Assembly: GCA_002269645.1 (NCBI GenBank)
Contig: NIVC01003459.1
Location: 1 to 51,533 of the forward strand
DNA: 51,533 nucleotides
Direction of reading: 5' to 3'
Origin: Macrostomum lignano
Taxonomy: Eukaryota
Shown: in pieces, positions 43,046 through 51,533 of the stretch
Layout of the letters: the number at the start of each line of letters is the position of its first letter
How positions within the stretch are numbered: the stretch's first letter is position 1
Translations under genes and position numbers: made by a program
Notes under the pieces: model-generated
Told to the model about the DNA's origin: nothing
Seen by the model: only the letters and a program-made list of their open reading frames with translations
The model's database searches: none

Positions 43046-43819
43046 TTACAATGGGATTTTAGTTAGAACATCCTTATACAAATCTTGCTCATCCTCATCA
43101 GCTCTTGTATTTATATAGATATAGCCATACTTCTTTTTCCAAGCCTCTCTACATTTAGCCTTGAATATAGCGGGTTCATAATTCGTTTCTATATTTCTAG
43201 CAATGTGATTCAAGTTTGTATCTTTTTGTTTAAAGATTATGTAACATGTCGTATTCTCCCTGACAGTATTGCGATCTAGTTTGGTAAAATTTTGAGCTAG
43301 ATAAAAACCACAACAGTTTCCATGCCTGCCTCTCTGAAACAGACTTTCCTGAAATGTTTGATTAGCCTCTCCCAAAACATCGTCCAATATCACACATGTC
43401 TTTAGTCCATTATGAAAAATTTCTTCATTTGGAGTATGGGAAAGAGTGACAGGAATTTTCTCTATTACTTCTGAATTTTCTGATGTGCTTTGCACTCGAC
43501 CAGGGTTGGCTGCCTCTCGACAAATATGTCTAATATCTTCAGGAGATGCATCCTCACTCACCTGGTAGACATGATAGAGTGAGTTGATAAGAGAAGGTGG
43601 GAGACCATTTTCAAAGCCATATTTTAGAAACTGATACTCTGGATCCATTTGAGATGCTCTGGGAACATATAAAACTAACTCATTAAAGTCAACTAGTTTT
43701 TCAGGACTTGTAAGAATATGGAATAGTAAATATGTTTTACCCGTATTTGTAGCGCCGATAATACAACATAAAAGAGGATTAGGGAAAATAGGATCATGCT
43801 GAAATTTTACTTTGGGCAT
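43046..43819 (-). CDS. ATP: Packaging ATPase, copy B
   Basis: Walker A/B and RGRH motifs. Confidence 0.93.
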   Translation of the reverse strand: MPKVKFQHDPIFPNPLLCCIIGATNTGKTYLLFHILTSPEKLVDFNELVLYVPRASQMDPEYQFLKYGFENGLPPSLINSLYHVYQVSEDASPEDIRHICREAANPGRVQSTSENSEVIEKIPVTLSHTPNEEIFHNGLKTCVILDDVLGEANQTFQESLFQRGRHGNCCGFYLAQNFTKLDRNTVRENTTCYIIFKQKDTNLNHIARNIETNYEPAIFKAKCREAWKKKYGYIYINTRADEDEQDLYKDVLTKIPL

Positions 43820-43840
43820 TTAAAAAAAGAAAAAATGACC

Positions 43841-45205
43841 TTATTCGACGCGGGTCATTTGATATTCACTGGTAACTTTTATTACATTCTTTGTTTGTTC
43901 AAGAATTAGTGCAAAAGCAGTCAGCTCAACATTTGTTGACTTCTTGATAAATAATTGAATATTCACTCCACTCTTGACCAGAAACTCATCTTGAGCTGTT
44001 AGATCAAAGCAAAAGATTGGATAGATGGTTAGAAAGTCTTGTTTATTGAATGGAGGAGTTACACCGAAACGGCTGCAGATGTCTTCGTACATTTCATACG
44101 CTCTGTGAATGTCTTGAGCTACTGGATCAATTTCAACATAATCATTCGGATACATCACCTGATTTAATCTGACTTGAAGCTGGGTTATTTTCACTGCATT
44201 TGCTCCAGTTTTGTAAGACACATACTTGTGATCATTAACTATATATGATGGGTTGTTTACGTCATATTTGAAAGCTACAAAGATTGCAAGTGGCATATTG
44301 GAGATGTTGGCTATGTTCCATGTATATGGACTTCCTTGAATGAGTTGTGGCGGAACCGTTACCCTCTCTGGAAATGATACTGTAATGTCCTTGTTGAGTG
44401 ATTTTAGAAAAGCTGCTTCAGCACTGGGTGACAAAGTAATAGCAGGGATCCAAATCTCAAAGCTATTAATAGTTAACTTAGCTTCCGTCCCGGCAGCTCC
44501 AAAGAAAATTTCAGCATCGTTAGTCTTTCTTGTCCATGTGAATTTATATTTAATTCCTTTGCTAATCTTCTGCCAATCAAGGAACCCAATGAGAGGTGTT
44601 AATGATAGTTTGATTGTTCCACCTCTGTTTGGAGCATTAGTGACATTGTTATAATTTTCAAGCCTCCTAATGTATCCAGTATTCGAATCCTTCTTATTGA
44701 GTCTATTTTTCATAGCGATTGCTGCAGTTCTCACAGCTTCAGCATCTGCGTTGTTTGCTAGAGGTATATCAGAAACAGTCCCAGCATCTCCAGTGTCTGG
44801 AATCCATCCGTATGCTTCTCCAACTTCATTCATTAATTTTGAGTACATTACGGACTTTAAGATTGTGTCATACTCTCCAGGATCATTATAGACTTTCTTT
44901 GTTCCTCCAATGTCAACTATGAGTTGAGAGAAAAGTCTCATAGGCCAATTATGTTCTAGAGTAATGTTCGTATTCAAGTCGGTGTTATCTCGTTGTGTTA
45001 TTGAGTATTTTATACAACCGAATGCCTCTGACATGAGAATGTATGACTCTGTTGAATTGACTTCATGAACTATTTGACCTCCTGCAACATTGAGATTATT
45101 AGTGCTACCTGGAGTTGGAGAAATCTTAATATAGTCTTCTTTCTTTTTGAAAAAGCTAAAAGTTTTGTCCTCATATAGGTTCAGTATATCCTTTTTGTTC
45201 TCCAT
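43841..45205 (-). CDS. MCP: Major capsid protein, copy B
   Basis: 454 aa, intact. Confidence 0.87.
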   Translation of the reverse strand: MENKKDILNLYEDKTFSFFKKKEDYIKISPTPGSTNNLNVAGGQIVHEVNSTESYILMSEAFGCIKYSITQRDNTDLNTNITLEHNWPMRLFSQLIVDIGGTKKVYNDPGEYDTILKSVMYSKLMNEVGEAYGWIPDTGDAGTVSDIPLANNADAEAVRTAAIAMKNRLNKKDSNTGYIRRLENYNNVTNAPNRGGTIKLSLTPLIGFLDWQKISKGIKYKFTWTRKTNDAEIFFGAAGTEAKLTINSFEIWIPAITLSPSAEAAFLKSLNKDITVSFPERVTVPPQLIQGSPYTWNIANISNMPLAIFVAFKYDVNNPSYIVNDHKYVSYKTGANAVKITQLQVRLNQVMYPNDYVEIDPVAQDIHRAYEMYEDICSRFGVTPPFNKQDFLTIYPIFCFDLTAQDEFLVKSGVNIQLFIKKSTNVELTAFALILEQTKNVIKVTSEYQMTRVE

Positions 45206-45225
45206 TTTTATAAGAGAAATTTCAA

Positions 45226-45678
45226 CTAAGCTTCATGAGGTCTAAGAATTATCCCATTACCCTGTTTCTCCTTTTCAACTTTAAACGTCTTTAGCAGCCA
45301 CTTGACTGCTTCGCTGGGTACTTGTTCGACTCTTTTAGCCGCATCAACTAATACTCCACTCCCTTGAGCCTTTTTCAACTCTTCTAGTTTTTGCCGTTCA
45401 ATGCTTTCTATTGTCTTATTATGTTTAGCATTGTTGGCTGTATTAACACTTTTTGCAATCATTGTACCAACTCCTGAGGCTGCTCCGATACCACCCAAAA
45501 TTGCTGGTAGTAAGCCTAATAGAGGAATTATTCCACCTTCATGTTCTTTCTGTTTCTCTTGCAATTCTCGAATCTTCTCTTTAGAAAGATATTGCTTTTG
45601 CTTATTTACAGTAACATATCTTGGTTTTCCCTCTCGAACATATCGATTGAGTCTTGCTTCAGTGTTTTTCTCGCTCAT
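45226..45678 (-). CDS. pX(Mu)-like core/cement protein, copy B (intact, 150 aa)
   Basis: EGG-IIPLL, QGSG-V and QGNG-I motifs. Confidence 0.62.
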   Translation of the reverse strand: MSEKNTEARLNRYVREGKPRYVTVNKQKQYLSKEKIRELQEKQKEHEGGIIPLLGLLPAILGGIGAASGVGTMIAKSVNTANNAKHNKTIESIERQKLEELKKAQGSGVLVDAAKRVEQVPSEAVKWLLKTFKVEKEKQGNGIILRPHEA

Positions 45679-45686
45679 TTTTAAGG

Positions 45687-46109
45687 TCAGAATTTCTTCA
45701 AACCATTGCCTTGTCTCAAAGACACTTGAGACTGTTCTGCTGTTCCTAGAGCCTTTTTAACAATATCTTGAATAGCCTTATTTGATTGAGAAGCTATCTG
45801 TTGCTCTTCTTCCATTCTTTTCTTTGCTTCTTTATCTCTACGTTTCTTTTTAATATATTCCAGTTCCTCACCTGCTTTAGACATGTCACTGTATGATTTC
45901 TTCGCATCGAATATGTTCTTCGCTGTGGTAGCTGTTTTACCTATTGCATCAGCTCCACTCACAATTTTACTTCCATGATTTGATAAAAAGTTTGTGACAC
46001 CACTGATCATATCACCAATTCCTTCACCCTCTTTATCAGCTAGTAGTTGTGAATCAGACGTTTCAATCTGACCTTTCGCCCGTTTGCAGTTTGTTCGATA
46101 GGCGCTCAT
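45687..46109 (-). CDS. pVI-like protein, copy B
   Basis: As 12210-12632. Confidence 0.55.
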   Translation of the reverse strand: MSAYRTNCKRAKGQIETSDSQLLADKEGEGIGDMISGVTNFLSNHGSKIVSGADAIGKTATTAKNIFDAKKSYSDMSKAGEELEYIKKKRRDKEAKKRMEEEQQIASQSNKAIQDIVKKALGTAEQSQVSLRQGNGLKKF

Positions 46110-47419
46110 TTTTAGTTGAAAAATTTGCTGGTAGAAGCTGGGATTTGTAAAATGATCCAATGATTTCTTCTCCATTCTCATCCTCAATAATGTAGGTTAT
46201 GGGATTGGAGTAAACTATTTTCTTTATCCTAAACACTTCTGAAATTTTCCAATATCCTCTTCGACCCTTTTCAAAGTGCTCCTTATATCTATAGATATGA
46301 ACTTTGTCACCTACTTTGAAGTTTGGTTTCTCATTTGAATACTCGAAAGTTGGCTTTGGTACTCGCTCAGGATGTTTAGATGCTTCTGAAGGAGTTATCA
46401 GAATCTCAGAATGGATTGTGTTGTTGTATTTTTCAACAATAGCTGGCAATGTGTGGAGCCACTTCTGATTACCCTGTAGATCGAATTCAAACCAGAGTTT
46501 ATTTGTGAGAGTACGATTGAACCTCTCAATCATTGCATTCTTAGACTCACCATAAATTGAAACATCTTGTTAATATACTCCCATTTTCATCTTTCTTTCT
46601 TATGTCGTCTTTTGAAAACGAGTATAGCTTGTACATATGCTGATTATAAAACTCCTTGCCTTCATCTACACAAAGTCTCTCTGATCGTCTTCCTGATTCC
46701 TTAAATACTTTTTGGAAAGCTTCTGCAACTTCCGCTCCCGTCTTTGTTTTTAAAGGAACTGCCCAGGCGTAACGTGTAAAACCATCTATGATAGTGAGAG
46801 CATATTTGTAACCTCTTTCGGGTGGTAGGATAATGATATCTGCATGCCAAATTGTGTCTTTTGCATAGTGAATCATTTTTCTAAACAGTCTTGGTTTTCT
46901 ATATTCCCTATGCAATTTTACTGCATCTTCATAGCTAAGACCCTTACCATAAATTGTTAGACAGTCTATACAATTGTTGGGGTTGTGAGTATGAATTCCT
47001 AATCCAAACCGAACTTTAGCATTGATAATACGCTTTATTAGATTTCTAATGAGTCTCTCCTTTACCGACAAGTCGCTGGTTGGAATAGCATCTAAATCAG
47101 CTATCATTTTTTCATCAGCAATATGCTTCTTTGCTAGGGCTTCCTCTGGAGTTGAAGACGTCTTTACAGCATCTCTATAGCTTTTGTCATGATAGTAAGC
47201 AGTCCAATCAATTGGATTAATTGGTAGACTATCATACCGAGGCCAGTCTGTAGTTGGATTGAGTCTCTTGTCTAAATTTGTACCTGGGCCAGTGAAAGAA
47301 TACCCTGGAATATGAAATTCGCCAGGATATTTTCCAGTGGCGAAGATGGGTGGTAGTTTTGTTATAGCTGACTGAATATCCAATGCAGAACCTAGAAATA
47401 ATGGTTTACTGAAGGCCAT
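46063..47419 (-). pseudogene. INT: PLA2-integrase, copy B, split by two 1-bp deletions near 46560-46583
   Basis: 46547-47419 plus 46063-46533 reproduce the 452-aa copy A protein. Confidence 0.88.
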
Positions 47420-47452
47420 TTTTATAAAAATAAATTTAAGTAATCTACAGAC

Positions 47453-47650
47453 TTAGGCTGCGTTAACTGCTGTAGCAATAGAGCCTGCTGCTGCACCTGC
47501 CTGTTCTATGAAAGGTAGATTTGTCTTTTACTAAGTTTGATATGGTGCTTATAGTATCAAAAAAGACCTTCTCCATTATACTCTAGTGGTTCGCCTATTG
47601 TATAGTCTCTTATCTTGCATGATTCTGTAACGTGGTGCGCTTCGTGTCTT
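47453..47650 (-). pseudogene. Decayed pVI-like paralogue, copy B
   Basis: Same two shifts as copy A; 21 bp longer upstream. Confidence 0.45.
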
Positions 47651-47808
47651 TTTAGAAAGGGGGTGAACACAATAGACTAGCATGAGACGCTCCTATTGGT
47701 TGCCAAAACCAAAACTTTTTTGGCAGAAATTTTGGTCGCAAGATTTGGCAGAAATTTTGGCAGCCAATAGCAATGTTCAGTGCTGCGGTTATGTATAGTT
47801 AGTTTGGT

Positions 47809-48709
47809 GAGTTCCTGCGAGAGCCTATTTGACCATACGCTTCACTCAGTGTGGGTTTCGCACGACGTTAAAGCTGAGTCACAATATAAAAATTGCTTTG
47901 AGGAGAATTTCTCCTGCTATTTGTTCCATTTTTAAGATACATAATTTAGAAAAGGGTTAGTGAAATCGTCCGTAGGTAGGGTCGCGAGAGCATTGTTCGT
48001 TTGTAACTTGCGTGGCCCACTTCATGTCTTTTTTTACAGCTAGATAGAGGGTGAACACAAAAGATTTGCACGAGCCACTCCTATTGGATGCCAAAACCAA
48101 ACACTTTTTGGCAGAAATTTTGGCAAAAATTTTGGTTTTGGCAGAAATTTTGGCAGCCAATAGAAATGTTGAGTGCTGCGGTTAGTGCTCTAGTAGTCGA
48201 GTATGCATGCCACGAAAAATTTAAATTAGCGCTCCATGTTCTTGAATGTCTTCTATTATCTTTAAGTACAAATCTAGAACAGCATTAAAGCCATTTCAAA
48301 GCCTCGGGACAAAGCGAATGTGCAGGAGCAAATTATTGACTTTTGTAAAGCATTGTATGCCTCGAGTGGACAATTTTTATGCATAGATGGTAGCTGACTG
48401 ATCGTTAAAAGCAAAGCTAGTAAGATTGGCTTATTGAAGGGCGTTATGCAATGGGAGAAAAGACTATTATTAAATTTGATGCTAGTTTTGAAATGATGAA
48501 ACCTGAAAATAGGTTATTTTAACCCACGAATCAAAAATTTCTTGTGGTTTTACTCACGAAATCGCGCAAAAAGCAATTTTTCAAAACTTTTGAAAAATCA
48601 CTAAAATCACTGTTTTCAGACAATTTTCACCTGTTTTTAGTCGATTTTTATCTGTTTTTTGTGATTTTTCAAAATGGGTTGCGCTCAAACCTACTTTTCC
48701 TATACTACT
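47809..48709 (-). repeat. Right ITR of copy B (901 bp)
   Basis: Ends CCTATACTACT, followed by GGGATT. Confidence 0.96.
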
Positions 48710-49260
48710 GGGATTTCATGACAATTTTGTGCAATAAGGGTTCTTCCTGTCCCACTGAACTGAAGGGGAGTCTGAAGTGCTATTTTTCTTACTTCAAATT
48801 CATGAATGTAAGTAAAAAACAAAGCGCATCAGAAATTACAGTAAAGGTAATGTAATTTAGAGGATTTGGGTTTTGAGATTTTAGGAGGTGGCGTGCATTT
48901 TGATCTGCTGATGATGCATGACTTTTTTATTTTGCATACATACCTTCACTGTCTGTGATTCATCAGGCTCCATCTCTCAGTATTCCACCAAATTTTACCG
49001 ATTTTTGTAGACTGCTGCTGACACACGCTCGGTTGCGTCCTCTGGACGCGCGTCATCGGTACGGGCATTATCTCAAGATCCAAAAGCAGTCAACGATCAG
49101 ATTGAGGTGCGAACACAGTAACTAAAATATTTTTCTTTGATTTGTTGCTTAAAATTCAAGTAGGATAACGTATTTACCCGACTCCCATTTGTGTATATGT
49201 TGTAGCGCAAGTGGTAGGCGGGGATCTAAAGTTGTTTTCAGGATAGTTAGGATAGTACGC

Positions 49261-49623
49261 GCTGTACTCTGTACGCTGTACTCTGTACGCTGTACTCTGT
49301 ACGCTGTACTCTGTACGCTGTACTCTGTACGCTGTACTCTGTACGCTGTACTCTGTACGCTGTACTCTGTACGCTGTACTCTGTACGCTGTACTCTGTAC
49401 GCTGTACTCTGTACGCTGTACTCTGTACGCTGTACTCTGTACGCTGTACTCTGTACGCTGTACTCTGTACGCTGTACTCTGTACGCTGTACTCTGTACGC
49501 TGTACTCTGTACGCTGTACTCTGTACGCTGTACTCTGTACGCTGTACTCTGTACGCTGTACTCTGTACGCTGTACTCTGTACGCTGTACTCTGTACGCTG
49601 TACTCTGTACGCTGTACTCTGTA
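49261..49623. repeat. 14-bp minisatellite (GCTGTACTCTGTAC) x ~26
   Basis: Perfect tandem array made of two 7-bp GTAC-containing subunits. Confidence 0.96.
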
Positions 49624-49903
49624 AATGCATGTCAATTTTAGCGATCCCCACAAAATTCTGATTGAAATAGATAGATAAGCCTCAAGTACAGAGAGAGACA
49701 TAGAGACTGTAAATTCCTGAAGCAGAGAGTGCCGCCCTCAGACTTTTTCATTCTGGGCTTGGGGCCAGACAACGGCGTCTTTACGGCCCATTGTTTTGTT
49801 GCCTAGATTGTCCCTATTGTTAATCTATCAAAGATAATGAAAGATTGATTGATTTAAATAAATCTCAATCTCAACCAAAGACTGGTGATTAATTGAGTGA
49901 TAC

Positions 49904-49961
49904 TCAGTCAATCAGTCAATCAGTCAATCAGTCAATCAGTCAATCAGTCAATCAGTCAATC
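49904..49961. repeat. (TCAGTCAA) x7 microsatellite
   Basis: Seen directly. Confidence 0.93.
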
Positions 49962-50185
49962 TAGGTAATGCACAAATTAAGACAATCGACTGCGATTTAC
50001 AGGATAGCATAGAAATTTCAATAAGTGATTGCTTAATTTATTTCAGTCAGAGAGGTAGGGCAAGGCAAGGTAAGGTAATGAACTTTTTAAATATTAAAAA
50101 GCAGGGAACGGCGTTTGAAAATATTTAAACGCCGGAACTATTCACCAAATTTAGCATTAATAATTTATGCCGCTTAGAATCAGCT

Positions 50186-50483
50186 GTTCCAGAATCAGTG
50201 CTGATCAGTGCGAAGAAATCATTTACCAATTTCACATGGATCTAGGTGGAAGCGACTTTTAGTTCACGCTAGCCAGCGGCTGTAAAATGTTTTATCTAAT
50301 GCTGCCTACTGAGCGAAACATCCGCGCATATGAGCACTGGCAAGCTGCCGACTCGGATACTTTCCTGGACGAAACAGCAACAGGCCCAGTCTACCGTGTT
50401 GTGCTGCAGCCAAGAGACACATTGCTGGTGCCAGCAGGGTGGATCCATGCAGTCTTCACCCCGAGGACTCAGTGGCATTTGGT
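50186..50483 (+). pseudogene. Decayed JmjC histone demethylase fragment (KDM2/KDM7-PHF8 type)
   Basis: LISAKKSFTN/FHMDLGGSDF*FTLASGCKMFYLMLPT...LLVPAGWIHAVFTP/EDSVAFG parallels the KDM7 pattern [27 protein letters not shown]...IPTGWIHAVLTP.D..AFG. It has two frameshifts and one TAG. Confidence 0.8.
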
Positions 50484-51121
50484 AGAGTATCATCAATCAG
50501 CCTTACCGCACGCTACTTACTATTTAAATTTTTTAGAAAATTTACTAAATTTCTTACTAATTTTTCTACCAAGTAGCCAGCAGTTCCTGTGCATAATAAA
50601 CACGCTTGAAAAAGAGATTAGAAGGCAAAAACTGCGACACGAATTTCACGGTCTTCTATTATGAAAATTAATTCATACTAGATAAATTGATAATTACATG
50701 TAAAAGAGCAGCGCGTATTTTTAATACATGTATAAAAATGTAGAATTACACAGGCAGTAAACAGCTAAAAATATGATGCGTAATAAGTTAGATTGATAAA
50801 ATAATTAAAGCGAAATAATAATAATAAGTAAGTGATTCAAACAAGCAAACCCTAGACCTAGTAGTCCCTGGCGTTCTTGATTGCCTCTTGAAATTGACAA
50901 GTCCAACGGAGAAGCATCACTGGCGCCAGGCGGATCGCTTGCTTCCTCGAGATCGGCCCAAATTTGCTCCCGTTGACATCTTCTCCCTGTAAGCTGTCGG
51001 GCTAGGGTAGATCGGGCTTTGGCTTGTAGGACCACGGTATAGTACAAAATTTCGAATCTTGTTTTCGGGTGTGAGATTGATAATTAATTATTGCCTTTTG
51101 GCTGACTTCTAAGCGAGACAT

Positions 51122-51312
51122 TTCCTATTGGTTGGCAAGATTGGTTGGCAAGTTCCTATTAATTGGCAAGATTGGTTGGCAAGTTCCTATTGGTTGGCAA
51201 GATTGGTTGGCAAGTTCCGATTGGTTGGCAAGATTGGTTGGCAAGTTCCTATTGGTTGGCAAGATTGGTTGGCAAGTTCCTATTGGTTGGCAAGTTCCTA
51301 TTGGTTGGCAAC
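51122..51312. repeat. 31-bp CCAAT-rich tandem repeat (TTCCTATTGGTTGGCAAGATTGGTTGGCAAG)
   Basis: About 5 full units plus partials, built from a 13-bp subunit. Confidence 0.92.
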
Positions 51313-51533
51313 CCCTAAAAATTTAGGGTCAGGGTTAGGGTTAGTAAAGGCACTCGCAGTAAAATCGAAGTTAAGTAATTTCGTTGCACGAAAATGGCAG
51401 AGAAAAAGAAAACGATAGATTAAAGATGCGCCCTTTGCTGCAAGCAAATTGAGGCTAGATAACCTACAGCGGCCACGTTAAGACGAACCATTCTAAGTTC
51501 ACCATCGGTTTGCCGACCTTCGCTCGTTCAGCA

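Noticed and set aside
49174-49701. ORFs across the 14-bp minisatellite
   Set aside because: Repeat translation artefacts.
50805-51047. 80-aa minus-strand ORF in host flank
   Set aside because: GTG start, no recognisable motif, no supporting splice structure.

Overview
Eukaryotic (probably invertebrate) genomic window dominated by two near-identical, same-orientation copies of a Maverick/Polinton endogenous DNA virus-like element. Copy A is partial (1-15224). Copy B is complete (26029-48709), with ~0.9-kb inverted terminal repeats and AGTAGT/ACTACT termini. Recognisable genes: protein-primed PolB (disrupted in B), a PLA2-integrase fusion, double-jelly-roll major capsid, minor capsid, A32-like packaging ATPase, adenain-like protease, fibre/discoidin protein and adenovirus pVI/pX-like small proteins. 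Both copies carry the same full-length LOA-like non-LTR retrotransposon (APE, RT, RNase H), inserted with a 98-bp target-site duplication into a small viral gene. Exactly 72 units of a 150-bp satellite separate the copies, and the array begins and ends with the same hexamer GACTGC, like an inside-out 6-bp TSD. The outer right flank of copy B is a different hexamer, GGGATT. The remaining ~2.8 kb is host DNA with mini/microsatellites and a decayed JmjC demethylase fragment. Many differences between the copies are 1-bp homopolymer indels, so some frameshifts, the array length and possibly the tandem join could be assembly errors. All family assignments come from motif recognition by eye, not database searches.
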